64,000 bases of DNA from Truepera sp. (GTDB lineage Bacteria > Deinococcota > Deinococci > Deinococcales > Trueperaceae), in assembly GCA_965218435.1 (NCBI GenBank), contig CBDCKW010000009.1, forward strand, positions 96,001 through 160,000, written 5' to 3'. The position numbers were made by a program, and so were the translations under genes. The notes under the pieces were generated by a model, which saw only the letters and a list, made by a program, of their open reading frames with translations, searched no databases and was not told the origin of the DNA. Shown one piece after another: positions 49,442 through 58,671 of the stretch (position 1 is the first letter of the stretch; every line of letters starts with the position of its first letter).

Positions 49442-50896
49442 ATGAAAAAGCAAGACGGTATCGCTCTAATTGCAACACTCCTTATTATGGCCGCTATCAT
49501 GGCGCTCGGTGTGGGTACACTCTTTTTAGCCAACATGAACTTGCATATTGCTGAAAACAGCCGCACGCACGCCGTTGCTCGTTACAACGCCGAGGCGGGT
49601 TTGGAAGCGGCACTTGTCAAGTTAAAAAAAGATTATGAAGCGAGCACACCTAAGCAGTTTCCTACAACGCTGACGATGCCGAGTTCGCCAGATAGCGCCG
49701 TGACCTATCAGAACGCTGGCTACACGCCCTACACGACAGCCGGTATAAGAACGCAGGCTCGAGTCGTTATTGTCGGTACCGGCCCGAACAGCGCACGCTA
49801 CCAAACTGAGGCGCTTTTGGGGGCGGCAGCGCCTACTTCGAGCACGCCGCCGAGCTGGATGGGTCTGGTCAGTGAAAATGTTGTAGATGCGAACGGTGGC
49901 CCCACACTTACCGACGCACAGCTACACGGCAACGGCGGTTATGAGATTGCTGGTAATACAACGTTTCAGACGTGTAAAGGGGCAAAGTGCGAAGAGTTCA
50001 AAGTCTCGGACAGCCCGGTAACCGCAGCGCCCGGAATGTCTTCTTACGAATGCAAGTCCAACGGGGGTAAGAGCGAACTCTGTTTTGGAGGAAAACCCGC
50101 CAAATATTCAGATAAGCCTGTTTCTATTGGAGACATCAACCAAAAGTATCTGGACTTGCGGAACGGCACGGGAACGAGTCCGAGTAAGTTCGGCGTCAGA
50201 AGCACCGACACGCTTACAAGCAGCGCGGCGCTTACTGGCTGTACTTACAGCTTGAGTGCTACAACGACGACTAAGGGCAAAAAGACGGAAACGACGCCTG
50301 CCCAACTAGCTACGAGCTATCCCAGCGGCTCGACCGTTTGTGTCAACGGCGACGCAAACGTACCTTCTGGTGCAACCTATTCGGATGTCAAGATCATTGT
50401 CAAGGGTAGCGCGGCTATAAACGGTACCGCTACGTTTAATAACGCAAATCTTCTAAGCATGAACGTACTCGACCTTGGCGGCGACATAACGATGGCTAAC
50501 GGCAGCCGCTTGTTCGGCGATTCCCAAGTAAATTTTGCTGGCTCTGTTGCCTATAGCGGTACGGCGACGATTGCTTCAGGGGGGACAATGAACTTCACGT
50601 CAAAAGCCAAAGAAATCTATAACACCCAGTCCAACGAGGTCGGTTTAGCCGTTATCTCTGTTGGCAATTTTGACGCCCAGGGAGGATTAAAAGGCAAAAG
50701 TGAAGAGTTTGTAAACGCTGCAATCCAAGTAGGCGGCGTAGCTAATGTCAACGGGGGCGCTAAAGTTCGGGGTGGGATTAGTTCAAAAGGCAGGCTGACT
50801 ATTAAGGGGCATAGCGAGATATACGGCGACGCCGTGCTGACCAACACTGACCTCTCGAGCGCCGACCTAACTGTAGCCGCCTTAAGCCGCCGTTAG
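49442..50896 (+). CDS. PilX/ComZ-like large minor pilin
   Basis: G|IALIATL (no Glu5), YNAEAGL, long Gly/Asn/Thr-rich beta-type C-terminus. Confidence 0.8.
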   Translation: MKKQDGIALIATLLIMAAIMALGVGTLFLANMNLHIAENSRTHAVARYNAEAGLEAALVKLKKDYEASTPKQFPTTLTMPSSPDSAVTYQNAGYTPYTTAGIRTQARVVIVGTGPNSARYQTEALLGAAAPTSSTPPSWMGLVSENVVDANGGPTLTDAQLHGNGGYEIAGNTTFQTCKGAKCEEFKVSDSPVTAAPGMSSYECKSNGGKSELCFGGKPAKYSDKPVSIGDINQKYLDLRNGTGTSPSKFGVRSTDTLTSSAALTGCTYSLSATTTTKGKKTETTPAQLATSYPSGSTVCVNGDANVPSGATYSDVKIIVKGSAAINGTATFNNANLLSMNVLDLGGDITMANGSRLFGDSQVNFAGSVAYSGTATIASGGTMNFTSKAKEIYNTQSNEVGLAVISVGNFDAQGGLKGKSEEFVNAAIQVGGVANVNGGAKVRGGISSKGRLTIKGHSEIYGDAVLTNTDLSSADLTVAALSRR

Positions 50897-50989
50897 TATT
50901 TTTAGTAAAAGTAGACTGTAGACCCCTCGAGCCCCATCATCTTTATAAACGCTTAGCATGGGTTAAGCTTTCATGGTATAAACTTACTT

Positions 50990-51460
50990 ATGAGCATCGT
51001 CTGGAAACTCCGCGAGGTCTTAAAACAGCACAACATCACTGTGTACAAGCTCTCGAGCGTTTCCGGTATCCCTAAAAACACGCTTTACAACCTCGTCAAC
51101 AAAGAACCGTCACGGATTGATTTGGGCACACTTTCGGCTGTGCTGGGTGCGCTCGACGCTTTAACAGGTAGGCGTGTAAAAATAAATGACGTTTTAGAGC
51201 GTGACTCGGAATACGAGTTTGGTGACGACGAACCGGTACCTGACAATGTTATGGAGCGCATCAAATTTGAGGCTGGTAACGTCAAACTCATCCCCTGGAA
51301 GCAGGTCAAAGCAGAGCAAGACGCAAAGCGTGTAGCGGCGCTCCGTCCGATAGGTTTAGACCGCCAAGAGGTGAGTGAAGCGTTTTTGGCGGAGAGCCTG
51401 CGCCCGTTAGACGAAGATGAAATTGAGGCGTTCTACCGGCCCGAACTGCTCAATGACTGA
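50990..51460 (+). CDS. XRE HTH protein, probable antitoxin of the downstream VapC
   Basis: N-terminal Cro/C1 HTH; C-terminal VapB-like RPIGL..PLDEDEIEAFY; overlaps the VapC start. Confidence 0.7.
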   Translation: MSIVWKLREVLKQHNITVYKLSSVSGIPKNTLYNLVNKEPSRIDLGTLSAVLGALDALTGRRVKINDVLERDSEYEFGDDEPVPDNVMERIKFEAGNVKLIPWKQVKAEQDAKRVAALRPIGLDRQEVSEAFLAESLRPLDEDEIEAFYRPELLND

Positions 51461-51860
51461 AAAAATAACTGACGCCGCCCTGTTAGATACCCACACCCTC
51501 ATCTGGTACAGCGTGTCACCGGAGAAGCTGAGCCGCACAGCCTCGGACTTTATCCGTGAGCGCGAGCACCGCATCTACGTTTCAGCTATTACAGCTTGGG
51601 AAATTGCGATTAAAGTACGGCTTGGAAAACTTGAAGAAGCCCGCTATTTACATGAACACTATCACCAGCGGTTAGCCCAGTACGGTTTTTTAGAGCTTCC
51701 GTTTACAGCCGTTCATGCACTCGTTGCGGGTGGCCTGAACTCGTCCCACAAAGACCCTTTTGACCGCGCCCTAAGTGCCCAAGCCACCAGCGAGCAAGTT
51801 CCTGTTATCACCCAAGACGACGCTTTAGCAGGGCTGCCCGGTACACGCGTTTTGTGGTAG
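51453..51860 (+). CDS. VapC/PIN toxin
   Basis: LLDTHTLIW, WEIAIK, HKDPFDR. Confidence 0.9.
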   Translation: MTEKITDAALLDTHTLIWYSVSPEKLSRTASDFIREREHRIYVSAITAWEIAIKVRLGKLEEARYLHEHYHQRLAQYGFLELPFTAVHALVAGGLNSSHKDPFDRALSAQATSEQVPVITQDDALAGLPGTRVLW

Positions 51861-51921
51861 CGGTCTCCACAAACGTTTTATCGCAGTTATATCGTCTATA
51901 GCCCCGTGCTAAAATCTGTGC

Positions 51922-52146
51922 ATGACACGTCAAGATACGCTGCAAACGATCAGCGAACTGCTGCCACAGCAACCGCAAGAAAAGCTCGAGGCACTGCTTA
52001 GCTGGCTCGAGCAAGACGAAGACGCTTTTGAGAAACAGCTACGCGCCGATGTAGAGGCGGGAAAGCTTGACAGTCTCATCGCCGAGGTCGTTGCTGAATA
52101 TGAAGCGGGAGAGACGATAGACCTCGATCTCGCATGTAAACCCTGA
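51922..52146 (+). CDS. Small acidic protein, probable antitoxin
   Basis: FEKQLRADVEAGKLDSLIAE; directly upstream of a RelE/ParE-like toxin. Confidence 0.7.
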   Translation: MTRQDTLQTISELLPQQPQEKLEALLSWLEQDEDAFEKQLRADVEAGKLDSLIAEVVAEYEAGETIDLDLACKP

Positions 52147-52159
52147 AGCCGTGTAGCTT

Positions 52160-52420
52160 TTGAAGCACCATGCAACCAAAGCTTTTTGGAAACGGTATAA
52201 CCAGCTCCCCCTTAATGTACAGCGTCTGGCACGCAAGCAGTACGGCTTGCTCAAGCAAAACCCACAGCATCCTTCTCTACATTTCAAACCTGTTGCCAAG
52301 CTGTGGTCTGCAAGAATTAACGACGACTACCGAGCTTTAGCGATTAGATATGATGATGCTTATGTGTGGTTTTATATCGGAGTACACGCCGAGTATGACA
52401 AAATCATTGCTCAACGTTAG
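52160..52420 (+). CDS. RelE/ParE-like toxin
   Basis: FWKRYNQLP, NPQHPSLHFK, WSARI, WFYIGVHAEYD. Confidence 0.85.
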   Translation: MKHHATKAFWKRYNQLPLNVQRLARKQYGLLKQNPQHPSLHFKPVAKLWSARINDDYRALAIRYDDAYVWFYIGVHAEYDKIIAQR

Positions 52421-52451
52421 GCGCACCACCCACACCACAAAAAACCAGGCC

Positions 52452-52535
52452 AAAAAAATAGTCCGTGGTATCTTCACACGGACTGGGGTGGCCTCCCCTT
52501 TGTTGCGCACGCCCCGGCATTTGCTTTGGCGTGCC
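52452..52535 (-). ncRNA. Candidate small RNA
   Basis: GCACGCC/GGCGTGC hairpin, then AGTCCGTG/CACGGACT terminator with T7; no ORF. Confidence 0.35.
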
Positions 52536-52733
52536 CTTATCATGCTCACCCAAGCTTAAGGGAAGCTTAAGATTTCGTAAAATTATATTTATATAAATAG
52601 ATCAGGCTACGCTGGCTTCTTGTTGGCCTTCTTCGGCTCCGGTAAATCCAAATACGGCTGCGCTGTGTATCTTCCTAATGTCCCGCACGGTCACCCCCGG
52701 CTCTGTGCGGGTTTTTTATGGCTGCTCGCTCTG

Positions 52734-52934
52734 CTAAGCAGCGCCGAGTACAGCGGTGATTTCCTCCGCCTCGAGGTACGGGTAATCTTCTAAAATCTCG
52801 CTCACGCTGGCTCCGGCGGCGAGCAACCAGGGCACATCTTTTACTCGAATTCTTAAATCACGGATGCAAGGTCGGCCCCCACACTGTTCAGCGTTTACGG
52901 TGATGCGGTGCCCTTTGCTCATAACGTGGCTCAT
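52734..52934 (-). CDS. DUF433 family protein (antitoxin-like, orphan)
   Basis: CGGRPCIRDLRIRV, ILEDYPYL. Confidence 0.85.
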   Translation of the reverse strand: MSHVMSKGHRITVNAEQCGGRPCIRDLRIRVKDVPWLLAAGASVSEILEDYPYLEAEEITAVLGAA

Positions 52935-52952
52935 AAGGTCAAGTGTAGCTGT

Positions 52953-53240
52953 TTACGGCGTCTGGAGTTCTTCTAACCGCCCCAAAATCCGCGCCAGCGC
53001 CCCGAACACCGCCCAACCTGCTGCGCCCAGCACGATAAAACCCGCCGCTTGCGGGATGAAGTAAAAAGGGTCGCCGTTTACGGCGCGGAAGCCGTTGGCG
53101 AGGGCGTAGGTGCCCCAGAACACCCCGAGGATGCTCGAGGCGAGAGAAAAGATGCTCAAAACTATTTTCATAAAGTCGGTTTTCGTCTGTACTACTGGAA
53201 TTTGCGTGACGGTTACAGTTTCTGAGCTGTTGTGGTCCAT
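52953..53240 (-). CDS. Small two-TM membrane protein
   Basis: GGAG upstream, two hydrophobic helices; downstream of the pilin gene. Confidence 0.6.
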   Translation of the reverse strand: MDHNSSETVTVTQIPVVQTKTDFMKIVLSIFSLASSILGVFWGTYALANGFRAVNGDPFYFIPQAAGFIVLGAAGWAVFGALARILGRLEELQTP

Positions 53241-53270
53241 GTACTATCTCCAAGTGTGTACTGAAAAAGT

Positions 53271-53298
53271 AAAAAAGGCGAGCGGTTAGGCTCGCCTT
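53271..53298 (-). terminator. Intrinsic terminator of the major pilin gene
   Basis: AAGGCGAGC-CTAACC-GCTCGCCTT followed by a T run on the minus strand. Confidence 0.8.
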
Positions 53299-53321
53299 GA
53301 CGTTGCGGTTAAGCGTTCGGA

Positions 53322-53708
53322 TTAGGGTTTGCTGATGGATTTGCCATCGTAATTAAACACTGTGCCTTGAGCTGAAGTAGCCGTAATGGTGTACTTGTCT
53401 GCTGCAGCGTCGTAGGTGACAGTGCCAGGAGCAGTAGCTAGAACGGAAGCAGGTATAGGTTTGTCAGTCAGTGTGGCACAGCTTGTTTCAGTCGGAAGTG
53501 CTTGAGAAACAGAATCGCGCTTGGTTTCAACAGCTGTGATACATTCACGAATCCAAGCTTGCGTGGCAGTCTCGTTAGCGCGGGTACGGGCGGCTAAAAG
53601 GTTCGGGATAAGAACCGCGGCTAAGATGCCAATGATGGCGATGACGATGAGAAGTTCGATGAGGGTAAAGCCTTGGTTGGCCTTACGGGTACGGAGGGTG
53701 TTGCGCAT
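53322..53708 (-). CDS. pilA: Type IV major pilin
   Basis: NQG|FTLIELLIVIAIIGILAAVLIPNL, two Cys, AAGGAG RBS, own terminator. Confidence 0.9.
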   Translation of the reverse strand: MRNTLRTRKANQGFTLIELLIVIAIIGILAAVLIPNLLAARTRANETATQAWIRECITAVETKRDSVSQALPTETSCATLTDKPIPASVLATAPGTVTYDAAADKYTITATSAQGTVFNYDGKSISKP

Positions 53709-53805
53709 GGTGTTGCTCCTTTTGTGAGCGCCCGGATAATGGGATTTAGGAATGGCCGGTTGCTCTTGTTAGTTCTTGGCGAACGTTTCTTCGTTCGCTG
53801 GATTT

Positions 53806-53839
53806 AAGATACTCACTAGGCTCTTACAAAAAACTTACA
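53806..53839 (-). promoter_or_regulatory. Direct-repeat promoter of the major pilin gene
   Basis: TGTAAG-TTTTT-TGTAAG-N11-TATCTT on the minus strand. Confidence 0.7.
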
Positions 53840-54027
53840 AAAAAGCGTGTGCAGCACGTGTTAAAAAAGTAACAGGGAGTTGGGAGCAGGAGGCGAGAAG
53901 TGAGGTGCGGAGCTGACCGCGTGTAAAAGGAAGGGTAAATGTAGCAGGGAGAAGGTAAGAGGCGTTAGCTGCATTCTCAATTCTGTATTTCTACTTCTCA
54001 CTTCTACTTTTCGTCTATGCTGTTCTT

Positions 54028-54279
54028 ATGACTGTTGAACTTACCAAGGAACAGGAAATGCTTATCGAGGAGCAACTTGCAAGCGGGCGTTACGGGTCTC
54101 GGGATGAGGTTATCGCTGAAGCATTGGCGCTGCTTAGTGATTATGCTCAGCTTGAACAGCTAAAGCTGGAGCGGTTGCGCGCTGAGATTCAAAAAGGTTT
54201 AGACAGTGGTAAAAGTACCCCGCTAGACATGCGGGCGCTTAAAGAGGAAGCGAGACGGCGTAACGAATATACTCGCTGA
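54028..54279 (+). CDS. ParD-like ribbon-helix-helix antitoxin
   Basis: SGRYGSRDEVIAEAL, LRAEIQKGLDSG. Confidence 0.88.
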   Translation: MTVELTKEQEMLIEEQLASGRYGSRDEVIAEALALLSDYAQLEQLKLERLRAEIQKGLDSGKSTPLDMRALKEEARRRNEYTR

Positions 54280-54690
54280 TGCACCCTGTCGCCTAAAACC
54301 TGTACTCAAACGGCCCGAGGCTGAAGCAGATTTATTCCTACAGGTTTATCTTTTATGTGGGAGCGTGTCAGTTTGGACAGCCCTGACGCCGCTGACCGCG
54401 CACTCGACCGGCTTGCAGAAAGTTTTGACCTTTTGGCAGCTCAGCCCTTAATGAGACGAGCACGGCCTGAGCTTGCGCCACAGCTTCGCAGCTTTGTACC
54501 GGGTCGCTACGTCATCTTTTATGTACCTTATGGAAACGGCATTGATGTTGTAAGGGTGTTGGGCGGCAAAAAAGTGCCCCAAACGCAGTGGCAGGGTACG
54601 TTCGGAGTGAGCTTGAGCGGTAGCAGACGCTGCCTTCCATTTTCAGTTCTCCCTTCTCAATTCTGTATTTTTGCTCCTCTACTCAGATAG
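54279..54690 (+). pseudogene. Disrupted ParE toxin
   Basis: VLKRPEAEADL (from 54302) is out of frame with MWERVSLDSPDAADR..RPEL..LRSF..YVIFY; early stop after ATG 54279; aberrant C-terminus. Confidence 0.7.
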
Positions 54691-54724
54691 ATAACGATGT
54701 GTAAAAGCTGTGTTATGCTGATAG

Positions 54725-55306
54725 GTGTCCGCGCTTTCTATTTTAGATATTTCCGTAGATCATCCAGACATCCCGAACCTTCGGCGGCGGGCGCTGCTGT
54801 GTGCCGGGCTGCTCGGCGCAGGTAGGCCGCTTTTACCCCGTGAACTCGAGACGTTGCTGGGGCTTACTGCCCAAACCGAGGTCGAGGAAGCTGTAAGAGA
54901 CCTGCGCGAAGGGTTGCGGGAGGCCGGGTTGGGATTGGTGTTAGAAGAGGTGGCAGGGGGTTACCGGCTGATTGTAGACCCGGTGCTGACGCCCGACCTC
55001 GAGGCTTTGTTGTCGCCGCCGCCCCTGCCGCAACTTTCTGCGGCGGCTTTAGAGACGTTGGCGCTGGTGGCGTATCAGCAACCGATTACGCGGGGGGAGC
55101 TCGAGGCCGCTCGCGGCAGTTCATGCGCCTCGACGCTCGAGACGCTGCAAGAACGCGAACTCATCAAGGTGGTGGGGCGTAGAGATGTGATCGGCAGGCC
55201 GCTGCTATACGGGACGACGGGCAGGTTTCTTTTAGAGTTCGGGCTCAAGTCGCTTGACGATTTGCCGCCCTTAGAGGATGCGCCGACGGACTTTTTGCGG
55301 GGGTAG
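54725..55306 (+). CDS. scpB: SMC-Scp complex subunit ScpB
   Basis: VAGGYRL, LSAAALETLALVAYQQPITRGE, GRPLLYGTT. Confidence 0.95.
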   Translation: MSALSILDISVDHPDIPNLRRRALLCAGLLGAGRPLLPRELETLLGLTAQTEVEEAVRDLREGLREAGLGLVLEEVAGGYRLIVDPVLTPDLEALLSPPPLPQLSAAALETLALVAYQQPITRGELEAARGSSCASTLETLQERELIKVVGRRDVIGRPLLYGTTGRFLLEFGLKSLDDLPPLEDAPTDFLRG

Positions 55307-55391
55307 GTTTGCGTACGACCTTTACGAAAGCGTTTTGCTCTTTGCTGTCAAGCTCGAGTAACCCCCCCCTTAGACCTGTTAGCCTGAACCT

Positions 55392-56276
55392 ATGGCTCAA
55401 CCTTTTGCCGAACGACTTTTTGACCGCATCAACAACACCAACTCCCGTGTGTGTCTAGGGATTGACCCACGCCCCGGCGCACATCCGCTGACGCACCCGG
55501 CACGGTTTGAAGGCGACCCGGCGCAGATTGCCAGAGCCGTCGTTCACTACTTTCAGGCCATCATCCAGGCGACGCAGGGGAGCGTGGCGTGTTACAAACT
55601 GCAGTCGGGGTTTTTTGAGGCGCTCGGCGTACCGGGGCTGATCGCCTTGGCGCAACTGATTGCGGACGTGCGGGCACGGGGGATTCCAGTTATCTTAGAC
55701 GCCAAACGCGGGGACATCGGGGCGACGGCGGCGGCTTACGCGCAGAGCTATCTGGGTAACGGGGTCTTTGCCTCGGACGCGCTGACCGTAAACCCGTATC
55801 TGGGTGAGGACGGTCTCGAGCCCTTCGTCACGCAGTCCGTTAGCGCCGACCGGGGCATGTTCGTGCTGGTTAAAACCTCAAACCCCGGCAGCGTAGACCT
55901 CCAAGACGCTCGTTTAGAGGGGGGCGAGCGGGTGTTTGAACGTGTTGCGTCGCTGGTGACCCGTCTTGCTGAGCCGCACCGGGGCGCGTCCGGCTACGCA
56001 CCGGTCGGGGCCGTGGTCGGCGCAACCTATCCGGCAGAACTCGGGGCGCTGCGGGCACGTTTGCCGTACAGCGTGCTGCTCGTTCCCGGTTACGGCGCAC
56101 AGGGCGGCAGTGCCGATGACGTGGCGGCAGCGTTTGATCAAGACGGCCTCGGCGCGGTAGTCAGCTCGAGCCGCGCCCTCACCTACTTGACCCAAGAGGC
56201 GGACTTTGCCGAACGCTCGCGGACAGCGGTTGCCGAGATGAACGCGGCGTTAAACGGTGCCCTCGGTCTCGCTTAG
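55392..56276 (+). CDS. pyrF: Orotidine-5'-phosphate decarboxylase
   Basis: CLGIDP, ILDAKRGDIG, KTSNPGS, PGYGAQGG. Confidence 0.96.
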   Translation: MAQPFAERLFDRINNTNSRVCLGIDPRPGAHPLTHPARFEGDPAQIARAVVHYFQAIIQATQGSVACYKLQSGFFEALGVPGLIALAQLIADVRARGIPVILDAKRGDIGATAAAYAQSYLGNGVFASDALTVNPYLGEDGLEPFVTQSVSADRGMFVLVKTSNPGSVDLQDARLEGGERVFERVASLVTRLAEPHRGASGYAPVGAVVGATYPAELGALRARLPYSVLLVPGYGAQGGSADDVAAAFDQDGLGAVVSSSRALTYLTQEADFAERSRTAVAEMNAALNGALGLA

Positions 56277-56447
56277 TACCCTTGCAGTTAGCCGGAGCTA
56301 AGTGGTGCCGACTTGTGCTTTTGTCGTTGCGTCTCGCTTACGCCTGAAACGCTCTGATGCTTACCAAGCCGGCAGCTACTGACTTCTGTATGCTTAATTC
56401 TGTGTTCTCAATACCGACTTCTCCGGCAGGCTACGCTACAACCAACT

Positions 56448-57371
56448 CTAGCCCCCAACGAACTTGAGAATAGCCTGCGGGCTCATATTGGTACGGAGCT
56501 GCGGAATCAGCCGGAGTATGGTCATAAATCCTACGTTCGGCCCTAAAAAGAGCGCGGTGTAGCGTTTTTTATCAGCAACCTCGGGCGCAGCAAACGATAA
56601 ATAGGCGGTTTCGTCACCGGGCGGCGTCTCGAGAATCTCCTGCGGTAAGGGCGGCTCGGCGGCTAAGATCACTAACCGTGATTCGTTGGTGGCGATAAAG
56701 AGCCGCTCGGCAGTGTCGGCGGGCGCGTAGACGTAGTTTTGGATGCTCACCACGCAGTCGCTCAGCCGCGCCATCGCCCCCGCGACATCTTCTTGGACGT
56801 TGACGGGTTCGGCGGGTGGACGGACGACGATGAGGCGCGGATAGACGCCGTTTCGGAGCGTGGCCCAAAACGAGATGTGGGTAGGGTCAGCCGGGTCAAA
56901 GGCGAACACCGCCACCGGGTCGAGATAGGCCCCGGCAGACTCGAAGATGGGCTCGAGACTTGCTAAAAGGTCGCTCCCGCTCGGGGTTCGGTCGGTTAAG
57001 GTCGGGGCGGGCAGCTCGTACCAACTTGCCAGTTTGCTGAGCGCCGCTGCCCACGCGTCAAACGAAAAGGTTCCGGCGCTCCAGCTCGGGCTCAGGAGGT
57101 CGCGGTCGGCCAGGTAAGCAAACAGCGCCCGGTCGGGGTCATCTGCGGCAACCGGCAGGTCGGTCACCCGCTGCAAAGGTGGAAGGGAAGGCTCGAGCAG
57201 TTCTACAGCTCGTTTGAGCAGCTCGGCGGCGCGGCGGCCGTCGGCAGGTTGGGCCAGCTCGTTGGCGCTCAACCCGGCGCGTAACTCTGTACTGCACCGC
57301 TGCGCGTAGGTCAGTCCTAACAAGCAGGCGAGACTCAAAACTAACAGATATTTGGGCGTGTGGTTCAACAT
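56448..57371 (-). CDS. Secreted hypothetical protein
   Basis: Signal peptide, 307 aa, genome-typical codon usage. Confidence 0.7.
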   Translation of the reverse strand: MLNHTPKYLLVLSLACLLGLTYAQRCSTELRAGLSANELAQPADGRRAAELLKRAVELLEPSLPPLQRVTDLPVAADDPDRALFAYLADRDLLSPSWSAGTFSFDAWAAALSKLASWYELPAPTLTDRTPSGSDLLASLEPIFESAGAYLDPVAVFAFDPADPTHISFWATLRNGVYPRLIVVRPPAEPVNVQEDVAGAMARLSDCVVSIQNYVYAPADTAERLFIATNESRLVILAAEPPLPQEILETPPGDETAYLSFAAPEVADKKRYTALFLGPNVGFMTILRLIPQLRTNMSPQAILKFVGG

Positions 57372-57570
57372 AAAATGAGTCTAGCGTATGAAACTTGGGC
57401 CGGTATGAGCGCCGCTATAAGGCGCTATAAGGTCCGTAAAGCCGGTTATATCGGTGCCGGAAGGTGTCCCATTGACTTGGGGTGCTGTTTTCTACGGCTT
57501 GCCGGAGAAACACAATATGTTAAACACAACCTGCTTTCAGCGTGAACCTCTTTCTGCTACGCTTTAAGCG

Positions 57571-57870
57571 ATGCCTAGCACCCTGAACGTGCCTCCTGAT
57601 GTGCTCGAGTCCTTTTGTCGCCGTCATCACATCCGTAAGCTGTCTACCTTCGGTTCGGCGTTACGGAGCGACTTCAGCTCGGAGAGTGATGTAGACGTTT
57701 TAGTAGAGTTCGAGCCGGGACACACGCCGGGGTTGGCCTTTTTTGGTTTACAGGACGAGCTTTCAGAGCTTTTTGGACGCAAGGTAGACCTGAATACGCC
57801 TGCTTTTTTAAGTCGTTATTTCCGTCAAGATGTTTTGAGGGAGGCTCGAGTTGAGTACAAACACGAGTAA
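57571..57870 (+). CDS. Minimal nucleotidyltransferase (MNT antitoxin-like); no HEPN partner seen
   Basis: FGSALRSDF..SDVDVLVEF, GRKVDL. Confidence 0.9.
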   Translation: MPSTLNVPPDVLESFCRRHHIRKLSTFGSALRSDFSSESDVDVLVEFEPGHTPGLAFFGLQDELSELFGRKVDLNTPAFLSRYFRQDVLREARVEYKHE

Positions 57871-57893
57871 GGTTCGTTAAAAATAACCTTTGC

Positions 57894-58514
57894 TTAGCCT
57901 ATAAGCCATTTCGCCATTTCTTTTGTCGTTGTCACCAACCCGCTATAGGCGTTGAGAAACATCAGTGCTTGATCCTCGTGCTCAGCGCAGAGGTCGCGTA
58001 GAACGAACACAAGGTAGCTCTCGCTGCTCGCACGTTCGGCGGCGCGGCGCACGCAGATTTCCGTACGGACGCCGCTCAGCAGCACATATTTGATGCTGTG
58101 AGCGTCCAAAAGCTGCTTTAAGTTGGTGCTGGTAAAGGCGTCGCCGCAGCGTTTCTCGAGGGTAACGGCGTCTTCGGGGATAGTTAGCCCGTAAAAATCG
58201 TAATCACTGTGATTGGGGTTTGCGGGAAAACTGATCCCTTTAACCTTGTCGAGCCACTTCATATTTTGAGGCCGACTCGCTTCGTCGGCAACGGCGCGAA
58301 TATAAACAGATAAGCCGCCCGCTTTTTGGAAAGTTTCGGCAAAGGCGTTGATTTTGGCTGGTAACGCCTGCATCCGGGTATTGGCGTGCTTGCGCCCGGT
58401 GACGCCTGTCGGGGAACAGAACATATTCTGAACGTCAACGATAAGCAGGGCGCACTTATGTGGGTCAAGGTTGGGCTCGAGCCCGGAAGTGTAGTCCTGC
58501 CAGTGCGTCGTCAC
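57894..58514 (-). CDS. Isochorismatase-like cysteine hydrolase
   Basis: ALLIVDVQN, K..DAF, GVRTEICV. Confidence 0.88.
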   Translation of the reverse strand: MTTHWQDYTSGLEPNLDPHKCALLIVDVQNMFCSPTGVTGRKHANTRMQALPAKINAFAETFQKAGGLSVYIRAVADEASRPQNMKWLDKVKGISFPANPNHSDYDFYGLTIPEDAVTLEKRCGDAFTSTNLKQLLDAHSIKYVLLSGVRTEICVRRAAERASSESYLVFVLRDLCAEHEDQALMFLNAYSGLVTTTKEMAKWLIG

Positions 58515-58671
58515 GCCCAGTGTTTGTTACTGAGTTGAGCCGTAGTCACAGGACGATTATAGGCCGAGGAAAAGACTTGGAACGATTCCTGTCCTCAGGC
58601 TGAGCGAGAGTTTAAGACTACTGCCCAATCACTCGGTTGACTTAGCTCAAGAGCTTAGCTAAGCTATCCTT

